In this document: in pieces, positions 11,536 through 21,736 of the stretch
Position numbering within the stretch: position 1 is the first letter of the stretch
How the letters are laid out: each line of letters opens with the position of its first letter
NCBI GenBank assembly: GCA_026936335.1
Contig: JAPMXV010000021.1
Location: forward strand, 62,001 to 126,000
DNA: 64,000 nucleotides
Origin: Mantamonas sphyraenae STR306
Taxonomy: Eukaryota > Protista > CRuMs
Direction: 5' to 3'
Notes under the pieces: generated by a model
What the model saw: only the letters and a program-made list of their open reading frames with translations
Database searches by the model: none
What the model was told of the DNA's origin: nothing
Made by a program: the position numbers and the translations under genes

Positions 11536-11554
11536 TTTCATGTGTGCATGCTGA

Positions 11555-11577
11555 CTGTGTGTGTGTGTGTGTGTGTG
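11555..11577. repeat. (TG)n microsatellite next to the inner duplication breakpoint
   Basis: Read directly from the sequence. Confidence 0.9.
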
Positions 11578-11611
11578 CGATGCAGACTGCATCCTGCAAT
11601 TGATTCACTTG

Positions 11612-13294
11612 TCACCTGTGTCTTCGGTGTCGACCTGGCCCGCGTCCAGGCAGGTGCGGCACGTCGCTGTCCGTGTCTGGCATGTCTTGCATGAGTGCCC
11701 GCCACCTGCGCAGTCTATCATCATCCAGTGTGAACCGGGTCATGTGATGGGTGTGCAAGGCCAAACGCACATGCATCCACATGTGCAGACACAAGGCCAC
11801 GGTGGCGGCCGCTGAAACGATGCTGATGACGATGCCCACATGGAAGAGCACAGCGTATTCTCGGCTGTTCAACACCGCAGGCAGCGTCTGGCTGTAGTAT
11901 GCATCGATGTACACACAGGTGACGACGAGATTGGCCCCGAGGGCAACGAGGACATACATCCAGGCCACAATCTGTGCGTACGGGAGCCAACAGGAACGGA
12001 ACCACTGTATGTTGGACTGCACGCCGTGACGCAGTTGACGATCACGCATGAGCATGTCCAATGGGTCCTGCAGATCGCGCCGTTGCGTCTGAATTGCATC
12101 GTGCAGGAGACGACGGTATGTCTGGCCCAGATGGCGTGGACTTTGACGCACTGCCCACACAGCCGGGGCATCCATGAGAGCTGTGGGGCGTGAGACGAGG
12201 AAAAAGTGGCCGCACAGGAAGGAGACGAGGAGGACCCCAATGCAGGTGCCAAAGGCGGCAAAGAGGACGGTTTCCAGCAGCGCATACAGCAGAAAGATCG
12301 CATGCTTCCACCAGCGATCGAGCATGGGAAAGACAACCACGTAGAGGACGATGCAGAAGCAAAAGTAGGGCACAAGCTTGGCAAGGAGGCCTCCGGTGCT
12401 GAGTGGCGAACGCTTGAATTCTCGCAGAGGTTCAAACTCAAACCAGGGGGCGTTGGGATCGGGTGCACCGTGGGACCATTGCTCCAGCGTACTGAGGAGG
12501 GCAGCGATGCACAAGTCGTGTGAGATGCATGCAATGGCCAGCGGTACGGTGTAGCGAGACCAGGCGTTGTGTGCACCCAGCAGCGTCTCCCAAAAGTACG
12601 AGCCTGCCCACACGCCACATGTCATGTTGAAGAGGAGCATAAAGGATTGAAAGTGGCTGATGTGCTGTGTGTACAGCACACATGTGTTGATGTTGGCGGA
12701 GGAGAAGAGGCCCAGGAAGAGCAGCGTCACAGCCATGGGCAGGCAGCCACGTACGGTGGCAGCCCCAAACACATGTCGCTTGTGGGCAACCACAGCCTGG
12801 TCAAACTCTTGGGGATACAAGGAGCGTGCACTGGGGTCCAAGGTAAGCGGGTTGTGCCACCCGGGTTGGAACCCTGTGTCACGCAGGTTGAACACGGCTG
12901 CGTTGTGGTCGCCAAAGTCCATCATGTCCGCGTACACGGTGGGATTGAACTCGTCGTCAAGGCACGAGTCCCACCAGAACACAATGGGCATGACCGGTGC
13001 CAGGAGGCCGTACGCGTTGCGTCGGGGTCCATCCATTCGCATCTGCCAGGAAAATTCCTTGTAAAAGTGCACCCGGAACTTGGGCACGCCCAACAAGAGG
13101 GCATAGAACACAGTGGTGGACATGAGCATGGCTGCAGTGAGGTTGGCATAATACGCATCCTCCAGTTCCAGCTGCTGGAACAGCAACACAAGATGCAGCA
13201 CATGCCACAGCACAAACATGCCACACGTGAACATGGAACTTAGGGTCAGGAGTCGCCCTGCATACCGGAAGCCCACCGGCGCTTGCGGGCCCAT
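11612..13294 (-). CDS. Polytopic membrane protein of unknown family (paralogue of 3674-5200)
   Basis: 571-codon ORF 11612-13327 with first ATG at 13294; multiple TM segments; FVLWH, WWDS, HLGxxY and WxPxxQ motifs shared with 3674-5200. Confidence 0.8.
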   Translation of the reverse strand: MGPQAPVGFRYAGRLLTLSSMFTCGMFVLWHVLHLVLLFQQLELEDAYYANLTAAMLMSTTVFYALLLGVPKFRVHFYKEFSWQMRMDGPRRNAYGLLAPVMPIVFWWDSCLDDEFNPTVYADMMDFGDHNAAVFNLRDTGFQPGWHNPLTLDPSARSLYPQEFDQAVVAHKRHVFGAATVRGCLPMAVTLLFLGLFSSANINTCVLYTQHISHFQSFMLLFNMTCGVWAGSYFWETLLGAHNAWSRYTVPLAIACISHDLCIAALLSTLEQWSHGAPDPNAPWFEFEPLREFKRSPLSTGGLLAKLVPYFCFCIVLYVVVFPMLDRWWKHAIFLLYALLETVLFAAFGTCIGVLLVSFLCGHFFLVSRPTALMDAPAVWAVRQSPRHLGQTYRRLLHDAIQTQRRDLQDPLDMLMRDRQLRHGVQSNIQWFRSCWLPYAQIVAWMYVLVALGANLVVTCVYIDAYYSQTLPAVLNSREYAVLFHVGIVISIVSAAATVALCLHMWMHVRLALHTHHMTRFTLDDDRLRRWRALMQDMPDTDSDVPHLPGRGPGRHRRHR

Positions 13295-13392
13295 GAGATG
13301 GATGGAGGGCAACAGGGGACTCGGCAACGTGTTCTCCTGCGCACGCCTGCGCAGCTGCTGCCAACTTTTCTTGTTTTGCCGATTCCCCCTCC

Positions 13393-14746
13393 ATGGCCCT
13401 CACCCTTGCGGAGCAAAAGGAGGCTACCAATTACCGTCGCAACTATGTGGCCACGCTGCTGCTGGGTTTGATCAACAACCTCTTCTATGTGGTCGTCGGC
13501 AGCTTTGCCAAGAGTCTGGTCCTGCAGTTCAACGAGGCCAAACTCTTGGGTCTCATCACATGGGCCAACGTCGGACTTGGCACCCTGTTCCGAGGTATCC
13601 TTTTGCTCGTGTGGATGTCCCGTCCCATTGTGCCCTGGTCCTTCCCGTGGCCCTGTGGGAGCCCGAGTACACGCGCTGACATTGCAGAGCCACCCCCCAC
13701 GCCACCCTTGACGCTGCTTCCAACCAGGACTCAACGCCTTTGCACTGGACCGGGTGCACTACAACGTGCGCTTCTTGATCACAGGCACGTTGATGGTGCT
13801 GGGTCTGGTGGGCATTGCGTTTTCCCAGCACGTGGGCTTCTGGTTCCTGATCGCATCCATTGTTGTCAACGGTTCCGCCTCCTCGTTTGGCGAGAGTGTC
13901 ACCCTGGGCTACCTGAAGAACCTGGAGCCTGGCGTGGTGGGTGGATGGTCGTCGGGCACGGGGTTTGCCGGAGTGGTTGGTTCCCTCCTTGCCCTGGCAT
14001 ACGCCTCGTTGGGTGCTTCCATCGAAGTCACCTTTCTCACCCTCATCCCGCTGGCGTTTGTGTATGTGGCAGTGTACTACGTGGTGATTGTGGAGCCACA
14101 GAGTGTGGAGGAGGGCAGCACGAAGCCGCTGATGTCGACCAACAGCGACTACGAAGTGGTGCGACCGCGATCTGCAGGGCGCATGATGAGCGTGGATGCA
14201 GGCGGAGACGACGAACTGGAGAAGGGCATGGATTGGGAGCAGATCAAAAGGTGTGCAGGCATGGTACAGTACGTGGGCATCAATCTGTGCCTGGTCTACT
14301 TTGCAGAGTATGTGGTCAGTGCAGGGACGGCGGCAAAGGCAGAGAACGCACACACGGCCTCCGGGTACCTGTACGACAACAGCTACTTCCTTCTGCAACT
14401 CACCTACCAGATTGGCGTCCTTCTCAGTCGCTCCTCGTTGAGTCTGGTGCAGATTCGCAAGGTGCACATCCTGACGGTCTTGCAACTGGCCAACATGGTC
14501 CTGTGGATCCTCGACGACATGTACAAGTTTATGAACATTTGGGTGCAACTGGCGGCCATGCTCTTTGTTGGCCTCCTCGGCGGTGCCCAGTACGTCAACG
14601 CGTTCAACCTGACCTTGGAGATGAAGGTCAGCGAGGACGACAAGCAGCTTTGCGTCAACATCGTCGCCCTGTACATCAACATCGGCATCATGGCTGCGGC
14701 CGGCTTCATCATCCTCATGGACAACACCTTTCTGGCATCTGCGTAA
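13393..14746 (+). CDS. CLN3: Battenin / CLN3 (BTN1) lysosomal transporter
   Basis: Exons 13393-13594 and 13728-14746 (GTATCC..CAG, phase 1). Motifs LLGLINNLFYVV, SSFGES, GWSSGTGFAG, LVYFAEY, YQIGVLLSRSS, GLLGGAQYVN. Confidence 0.95.
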
Positions 14747-16453
14747 TACACGGAAATGGCACACTCCTCACGCACCATAGTACATTTGCAGCTCCTTCTT
14801 GACATGGTCAGGCCGTGTGGTCATCACCTCGCTCACACTCGTCTCTGCATCACACGGATACAACTGTCGCTTGTGCATCGTGTACAACTGCCACCCATCC
14901 ACAGGTCGCATGCCCCACTTGCACTCCAGATACTGGCACAGGTGCTTCATCCGCACCGTCCCTGCCAGCTTCAGATACGGGTGTGCCAGTTGCAACTCCG
15001 CCACATCCAAGCTTGTGTTGGGCACAGGCGACAGACACACCACAAGCTCTTCCATCCTCCGTCGCAGTCCACTGCCCCCTTTGCCCTTGCCCTGCACATG
15101 TTCCCCTGCCACCCGTGCAATCTGTTGTCCCAACGCTCCTGCTTCCCTCCTGCTTCGTGGCACCACAGACACTCCTGTCGACGACGATGACGATGACGAT
15201 GATGATGATGATCCGTTCTGCACCTTGTCCCCCTTGGGTCGTCGTCCTGCTCCTCCCTTGCCCCCTTTCTTGCTCCCTCCACTCCCTGTTCCCTCCACAT
15301 CCATCCCATCCTCTCCCATCATCGCTCCAGGCTGCAGCATTGGATAGTTGCTTTCGCTTCCCGTCTTCCGAGGCTTGCTCTTGCTCTTTTTGCTGCTTCC
15401 ACTTCCACCACTGCTCTTCCCTGTGCTCTTTCCACTGCTCTTTCCGCTGCTCTTGCCCCCCTTTTGTTTGCCCTTCCCTCCCTTTGTTCCCTTGCGTCCC
15501 TTGCCTCCACCACTCGTCCCTCCTCCTGTGTTTCCGTATCCTCCGCTGTTGCTCACGTGCTCCGATCCCAGCACATCCTTCTTGGTCTGCCTCCCCATCA
15601 TGTTCCATCCCACCATATCCAACCATGTGTGCGTGTGTGTGTGTGTGTTTCATCCTGTGTCAGCCAATCCCCTTCCACCTTTTCACCCCTTACCCCCCTT
15701 CCTCGTCCCACCCGCCCACTTGTCTCGCGTTGAGTTTGCTTCCCCTCTCTCCTCTCCTTCCTTCCCCACCCCCACCCCCCTCCATCTCCATCCCAACCCC
15801 CTTCCCCTTCCTCTCCCATCCCCATCCCCACTCTCCACTCACCACCCGTGTGCCCCGTTGCAGTGCCTGCCGTTGCAGCCCCTCCCGCACGGTGTCCAGG
15901 TAGTTCATGTTGCTTTGTGACACCTCTTCCAGCAGCTCGTCCTCCAGACTCTTAAACTCCTCCAGATTCGGATGCACTGCTGCAATCAGTCCTGCAAACA
16001 TGCTGTCGTTCCGCAACGATCGCCGACTTGCCAGCTTGGTCCTGCATGCTGGACACTCTCGGTTCGACACCCGCAACGCCGAGTTGATGCACTCGGCACA
16101 GAACCGATGCAGACACTCCATCGCCGTCATGGGTTCCGTCATCACGCCCAAACACACAGGACACGTCAGTTCCTGATTGATGTCCTTGACACTCAGCTTG
16201 CTCTCGCTCGTGTCCGTCACAGGAGGCCTCACTTTGCGGTTCTGTTCCCACCAGCTCAGTCCCTCCACAGGCTCCTCCAATTGTTTGTGCACACCCGATT
16301 GCCCATTCTCTGTGTCATTGCCATCCAGCACATCCACCCGTCGCTTCTTCACCACCTTGCGACTCATCGCTCCCTTTGCTTGTTCGTCTGCGCCCTTCCG
16401 CGCGTTTTGCTTGCTCCCCATCGCGTGCCAGTGTCCCTTCAGTGTTCCCTTGG
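14652..16453 (-). repeat. Inverted duplication arm B-right
   Basis: Reverse complement of 9723-11535. Confidence 0.95.
14768..16421 (-). CDS. RING1: Polycomb PRC1 E3 ligase RING1/RNF2, copy 2
   Basis: Exons 16421-15843 and 15586-14768. Near-identical inverted copy of 9755-11415, 3 codons shorter (poly-Ser tract and GAGRRPK vs GAGRGRPK). Confidence 0.93.
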
Positions 16454-16585
16454 ATGAATGAATGAATGTGTGCTCATGGGCTCCCACCATCTTCTCTGCA
16501 CCCTTTCAACGTCGTTCCTCGTCCGCCCCCACCCCCCTGTGTTTGACGTGTGCGTCACCCCTTCCAACGCATCAAACCCTCCACC

Positions 16586-17605
16586 ATGTCTTGGCTTGCC
16601 TGGTGTGCACTGCTCTCTGTGATTCTCCTGCTCATCAAGAGCCTGGGTGACTGGTTTTTCCAGGTGCCCACGCGTCCGAACGCCCTGAACGTCCGTCAGT
16701 CCTTGGAGGACATCATCCCGTCCTCCAAACAATGGGAACATGGCTTTGTGGCAGGTAGCGGAGGTGTGAAGCTGCACTACGTGGCCACCGGGGCTGCAGA
16801 TGCCCCGTTGCTGCTGATGCTGCATGGTTTTCCCGAAGCGCACTTTTCCTGGCACCGTCAGCTTGACGCGTTCCAACACACACACCGCTGTGTGGCCCTC
16901 GATCTCCGTGGGTACAACGAGAGCGAGAAACCAAGCGCACAGGGAGCGTATGACATCCCTGTGCTCGTGGAGGACATCAAGTGCGTCATTGACGAGCTTG
17001 CTGGCCCCGAAGGACAGGCTGTGCTCATGTCCCACGATTGGGGTGGAATCATTGCGTGGTTCTTCATGCGTGAGCACCAGCAGCGTGTGTCTCGTCTCAT
17101 TGTGCTCAATTGCCCCCACCCGAAGGGATACTTGTCCAAAGCCCTTTCCCTCGCTCAACTGCGCAAGAGTTGGTATATTTACTTTTACCAGCTGCCATGG
17201 CTTCCCATGTGGTTCATTTACCGCAACAACTTTGGTGTGATCGATTCGCTCTTCCGCGGACGCAAGTCGGGTGTCCGCAATCGGGAAACCATGAGCAAGG
17301 AGCTCGCCAACGTGTTCAAGGACGTCCTCAGTGTGCCAGGATGCCTCACCTCGGCCATTTACTACTACCGCAATCTGTTCTATTCTCTTCTCTTTCGCCA
17401 GAACATGCCCTTCCCCAAGATCACCACACCCACGTGCGTGCTGTTTGGTGTGGACGATCTCTTCATCGAAAAGAGCACCCTTGCGGACACCCATCTGTAT
17501 GTGGAGGATGTGCAGGTGCACTACCTGGAGAATTGCAGCCACTGGAGCAACCAGGACGCGTGGCAAGAGGTGAACCAGATCGTAGACGAGTTTCTGAACC
17601 AATGA
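16586..17605 (+). CDS. Epoxide hydrolase (alpha/beta hydrolase, EPHX3/4-like) with N-terminal membrane anchor
   Basis: LHGFPE oxyanion motif, ALDLRGYNESEKP, SHDWGG nucleophile Asp, KSWYIYFYQLP, YYRN, CSHW catalytic His; hydrophobic N-terminus. Confidence 0.93.
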   Translation: MSWLAWCALLSVILLLIKSLGDWFFQVPTRPNALNVRQSLEDIIPSSKQWEHGFVAGSGGVKLHYVATGAADAPLLLMLHGFPEAHFSWHRQLDAFQHTHRCVALDLRGYNESEKPSAQGAYDIPVLVEDIKCVIDELAGPEGQAVLMSHDWGGIIAWFFMREHQQRVSRLIVLNCPHPKGYLSKALSLAQLRKSWYIYFYQLPWLPMWFIYRNNFGVIDSLFRGRKSGVRNRETMSKELANVFKDVLSVPGCLTSAIYYYRNLFYSLLFRQNMPFPKITTPTCVLFGVDDLFIEKSTLADTHLYVEDVQVHYLENCSHWSNQDAWQEVNQIVDEFLNQ

Positions 17606-17629
17606 CATTGGCTTTCCATCCCCATCTCC

Positions 17630-18773
17630 TCACCTCTCCTCCTCCCCCTGCTCTGCCCCTCGCATCCGCACCTTGTTCCCTGCAAACGCCTGCGGCAACA
17701 GCACGTCCACCACTTCTGCGGGCAAGTGCATGTGTGCCAGCTCCTGCAACGATGCCCCTGATGCTGTTGCCCTGTTCTGCTGTCTCACCATCAGCAACCC
17801 TGCATCCTTCCGTGTCACTATCTTCTTGCCCCGATGCTCCGCCAACGCCTGCAGATCTCCTGCCACCTGTTCACACAGCTCATACACCGCTTCCATCATC
17901 GCGTCCACCGCACTGCCTGCCACCTGCAGGTGTGATGCATTCTGCAACAGCTTGCCAAAGTGCAGCTCACTCAGGTTCGGCAGCTCTGTCCCGTCGCTTG
18001 CCACTCGTACAGTCTGCCGCTTCTGATACGGCCCCCGCTTTGCCAGCATCGACGATGCTGCTGCCACACTGTTGCCCAGTGTCGCTCCCAATCCACTCAG
18101 TGCATGCACAGGCGTGCTGCGCACACTGACCCCTCCCAACGACACCACACTTCCTGGTGTCCCTCCTGCAAAGGTCCCTCCCACACGCTGTCGCTTCTGT
18201 GCACTCCCGTCTCCTGCCCTCCCTGTCCCCTGTGCTGCTGTGTATGTCTCCGTGTCCAACAGCCTGCCCTTTTCCTCTTCCCGCGCTGCACGGATTTCCC
18301 GCCAAAAGTGTCAGCCCACCCCGCCCGACCATTTTCCCACCCCTCACACCCCCCCACACCCCACACCTACCCTGTGCAATCACGTTCCGCAACATTGTCC
18401 TTGGTGTCACTTCTTCCCGTGTGCGTTTCGTCCCCCTTCCTCGCTTCCCGCTCGACCCAGGCGGTTGTGTTGTCAGCGAGCGGATCAACCCGCGCGGCGT
18501 TGCTTTGTCCAACTGCTGCAACGCCGCCAGAGTGATCCCACGTCTGCTCTGTCCCCGCGTGCGTGTGCTGCTTCCCGGTGTGCCTCCCTGTGCCCTTCTC
18601 TGTCTCTGTGTGGGTGTCGACTCTTCCACTTCTCCTCCTCCTGCTTCCCTCTCTGCTGCCTCTGCCACCCGACGCAGATACTCCTCCCGTGCCACCTGTC
18701 GTCGTTGTTCCGCACTCTGGCGCTCTCTTGCCGTCGCCGCACGGATCAACCCACGCGGTGTGTTCTCCTCCAT
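17630..18773 (-). CDS. CENPT: Centromere protein T (CENP-T), copy 2
   Basis: Exons 18773-18371 and 18285-17630. Inverted copy of 8428-9580; the protein differs only by a poly-Gly tract that is 4 residues shorter. Confidence 0.88.
18295..18307. promoter_or_regulatory. E2F-type motif TTTCCCGCCAAAA in CENP-T copy 2 intron
   Basis: Preserved copy of 8903-8915. Confidence 0.55.
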
Positions 18774-18802
18774 GGTTGTTTTGCGCCGCCCCGCGCAACC
18801 AC

Positions 18803-19735
18803 ATGTTCCTCATTCGGCTCCGTCTCCTTCCCCAGTCGCGTTGGTTCGCCATCACTGTGCTGACGCTTGTGGTCCTTGCGGATTTGCTTCCTCTGCTCCT
18901 TCTCCCTCCCATGGCGACCATTCCGTTTACGCCAACCGTCGTTTACGCCGTGACTCTGCGTTTGGCCCATGCAAACACTCCCCACATCACCACATGGGGT
19001 CTCACCAACTGGTTGACGCTCCTCCTGCCTCTCACCGCGTCTGTCTATTTCGCTCTGGCGCTGGTGACGCCGTCAAACACTGCGACCACCATCCAAGCGG
19101 TCCTGCTTGCTCCATTTCCGCTCGACCTGCTCGTCTTTCTCATCATGGTCGCCGGTGCATACGACGCAGGCAGTGCTAGGCACCACAAAGACAGTGTTGA
19201 GCCCAACGTCACCCAGCTGCACATTGACAAGCTCTCTTTTCCCGACCAACCCGATCTCGGGGTCCTCTCCATGTCTGTGGCCCCGGGACGCAAGAAAGGC
19301 ACGTACAACAATGATCTCGAGGCGGATCTGGGTCGTCTGGTCACCGAACGGGTGCACGTCCAGGTTGTGCTCATGCCCGAATCCGAGTTGGCGCAGATCA
19401 AAGCTCCGACACTGCTCAAGGACCTCGAAGCCACCGGCATTGCTCCCATGCACTATCCTTTCCGTGACAAATGGGTCCCTCCAGATTTTGGGTCGTTCAC
19501 GGCACTGGTGAACGAGATCATCAGCCATCTGCGCGCCGGACGCAACGTCGGTGTCAATTGCAACGGTGGTGTTGGACGCACGGGGCTCGTGTGCACCTGT
19601 GTGGTTGCCCAACTGCTGGACTGTTCATTCTTTGAGGCACGTCGCCGTGTACGAGCTGCGCGCAGGCCGGATATGCTCCGCAATCCGCTGCAGATCTACT
19701 TTGGCCGTGCCTGGACCCTGACCCATGCCTCGTAG
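18803..19735 (+). CDS. CDKN3/KAP-like dual-specificity (CX5R) phosphatase with N-terminal transmembrane segments
   Basis: APGRK...DLEADL, ELAQI, HYPFRDKWVP, catalytic loop VNCNGGVGRTG, Q-loop RNPLQ; 3-4 hydrophobic segments upstream. The start could instead be the ATG at 18911. Confidence 0.8.
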   Translation: MFLIRLRLLPQSRWFAITVLTLVVLADLLPLLLLPPMATIPFTPTVVYAVTLRLAHANTPHITTWGLTNWLTLLLPLTASVYFALALVTPSNTATTIQAVLLAPFPLDLLVFLIMVAGAYDAGSARHHKDSVEPNVTQLHIDKLSFPDQPDLGVLSMSVAPGRKKGTYNNDLEADLGRLVTERVHVQVVLMPESELAQIKAPTLLKDLEATGIAPMHYPFRDKWVPPDFGSFTALVNEIISHLRAGRNVGVNCNGGVGRTGLVCTCVVAQLLDCSFFEARRRVRAARRPDMLRNPLQIYFGRAWTLTHAS

Positions 19736-20538
19736 CGTGCAATCAGCTCATCCCGTGTGCTGTGTGATTCCTGTTCCATCTCAACAGCGCCCAACACTGA
19801 CCGTTGGATGTCGCCCCACACCGACTGCGCTGCGTTGTACTGTGCTTGCAGCGCCGAGGTGCCAGTCCTGACCACCACCACCTCCCCTCCCTCCCCCTCC
19901 CCGTCTTCGTCCGACGATGACGCGTCGAGCACCTCATCTGTACATAACATGCGCTCAAATGCGTCCATTGTGTCCTCCTCGCTCGCGTGCACCAGTCCCG
20001 ATGCTACGGCGTTCGCCAGTAGACCCCTGCGGTGCAGACCTGGGTTGGACAGTGCGTGTGAGAATACACGCTCTTCCACCACTTCGGTGGCCTTTCTCGC
20101 CCGTCGCTTGTGCTTGCGTGCCCTTCTGCGGCTGCTGCTGTTGCTGCTGCTGCTTCTGCTGCTCGACATATTTGTCGTCTGTTTCTTTCTCTTCCGCATG
20201 GTGTGTTTGATGTGTCGTCGTTGCATGTCAACCAACCCCAGCGCTACTTCTTGTTTCAGTCCGCCGCTCGTGTCAGGAATCCTCGATTTCGAGCGTTCGC
20301 TGTTCTCGCCCGCGTTTTCCTCCCCACTGCCTTCGAACCGCCGCAGCGCACGTGTGCGTGCACGCTTGCCCCCATCCAACACTATGCCGTCTCCGTCATG
20401 ACCTGTCTTGCGCTTCCTATGCTTCCTTTGCGATTCCGCGTCTTTCCGAGCCTGCATCTGCCGTGCGAGCATCACCATTCGTTGAGCCCGTTTGCTCATC
20501 TTTTCTTCCGCCTTTGGTTGCCACTGCGCACCCTCCAT
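19696..20538 (-). CDS. Hypothetical protein with basic (NLS-like) and acidic tracts
   Basis: ORF 19696-20694; first ATG clear of the upstream PIG-X stop is 20538 (alternative 20499). The 3' end overlaps the phosphatase CDS by 40 nt. Confidence 0.55.
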   Translation of the reverse strand: MEGAQWQPKAEEKMSKRAQRMVMLARQMQARKDAESQRKHRKRKTGHDGDGIVLDGGKRARTRALRRFEGSGEENAGENSERSKSRIPDTSGGLKQEVALGLVDMQRRHIKHTMRKRKKQTTNMSSSRSSSSNSSSRRRARKHKRRARKATEVVEERVFSHALSNPGLHRRGLLANAVASGLVHASEEDTMDAFERMLCTDEVLDASSSDEDGEGEGGEVVVVRTGTSALQAQYNAAQSVWGDIQRSVLGAVEMEQESHSTRDELIARYEAWVRVQARPK

Positions 20539-20548
20539 CCTCCCTTCC

Positions 20549-21685
20549 TCATTCCAGCTTGGCTTGCTTGGGCATCGGTTGCGTTTGCAAGTACAGCCAC
20601 AAGAGCACCACAAGGGCGGCCCCAACTGTGACCACGCCGGTGACGTTGTTGACCATCTTGCGGTAGGGGAGTTGGCCCACGGGCACGTCGACACGCACGC
20701 GCATGGCGCCGTCCTCGCCGTTCATGGACAGGCTCTTCAGCGCCACAGGCGCCCATTCCACGTCACCCTCGCAGCGCAGAAACACAGGTGCGGTGTGAAA
20801 GTCCATGTGGGCCATGTCCGAGTCGTTGCTGGGACTCTGGTACCGCACCATTGTCGGGTAGGTGAGCGTTGCCTGGCAGCCTGCCTGCAAGGGCATCTCA
20901 GCCACCAGCACATGTGCCGGACATGCTGCACTGGGCCATTCGAGGTTGATATCACGGAACGCATGCACTGTGGGACCGCCAAACCGAGCCAATTCGTCCA
21001 CACGGTACAGGTCGACGAGTTGACGGGCGTCGATTGTTTCCAGCATGGCGACGGAGCAGGTGTCACAGCCTGTGGCACGCTGCACACGCACAGTGGAACT
21101 CACGGTGTGGTGCATGCCATTGTGGTCCACGGTGCGTTCCATGGTACCTTGCACACGAGTCGACGTGGCCTGCCATTGGTCCTCCCACGTTGCCCCGACG
21201 TGAGTTACATGCAAGCGGCCGCTCTGCAGATCAGCCGAGCCACTCACACGTGCCATCCACGCACGCCACCCGTCATCCACCTCCTCTCTGTACATGGCAT
21301 GGCTGAAACAGTGTGTGGCATGCCGCGAAGGCACTGTTGCAGGAACTCGCCAACCGCCCTCCTCCATCACTGCCTCTGTACTCCACGCCCATCCGTCCAG
21401 CTCCGCCTCGATGCCCCATGCCTGCTTCAGATACGCCTGTGCTTGACTCTGTGCAGGGACACATGCGTTGCGAAAGGCCACCTGCAGCCACACGCCGGGG
21501 GGAACCCAGGCGCGCTGCCCCTGCGCGAGTGTGGCTCTTGCCGCCTCGTCACTCACCACTCGCACATCCACGCTCTCGACACCCTGCGGCATAGCCTCGT
21601 GCACACTCAACACACGCGCGTGTGAACATGCAAACAGTATCATCAGCGACACCAGCGACACCACCACATGCCCTGGTCTGTACAT
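20549..21685 (-). CDS. PIGX: GPI mannosyltransferase I subunit PIG-X/PBN1
   Basis: Signal peptide; C..AMLETI...LVDLY; DINLEWPS; YPTMVRYQSP; VDVPVG followed by a single C-terminal TM helix. Confidence 0.8.
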   Translation of the reverse strand: MYRPGHVVVSLVSLMILFACSHARVLSVHEAMPQGVESVDVRVVSDEAARATLAQGQRAWVPPGVWLQVAFRNACVPAQSQAQAYLKQAWGIEAELDGWAWSTEAVMEEGGWRVPATVPSRHATHCFSHAMYREEVDDGWRAWMARVSGSADLQSGRLHVTHVGATWEDQWQATSTRVQGTMERTVDHNGMHHTVSSTVRVQRATGCDTCSVAMLETIDARQLVDLYRVDELARFGGPTVHAFRDINLEWPSAACPAHVLVAEMPLQAGCQATLTYPTMVRYQSPSNDSDMAHMDFHTAPVFLRCEGDVEWAPVALKSLSMNGEDGAMRVRVDVPVGQLPYRKMVNNVTGVVTVGAALVVLLWLYLQTQPMPKQAKLE

Positions 21686-21736
21686 TTCCGACTGTGTTGC
21701 TGTGCTGTGTTGTCTTGGCATCCCCGCCGCACTGGT

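Larger units (their letters stand above)
17612..18804 (-). repeat. Inverted duplication arm A-right
   Basis: Reverse complement of 8396-9608. Confidence 0.95.

Noticed and set aside
8396-18804. Long inverted arms as terminal repeats of a transposon or virus
   Set aside because: The arms are ordinary intron-containing host genes; no transposase, integrase or target-site duplication seen.
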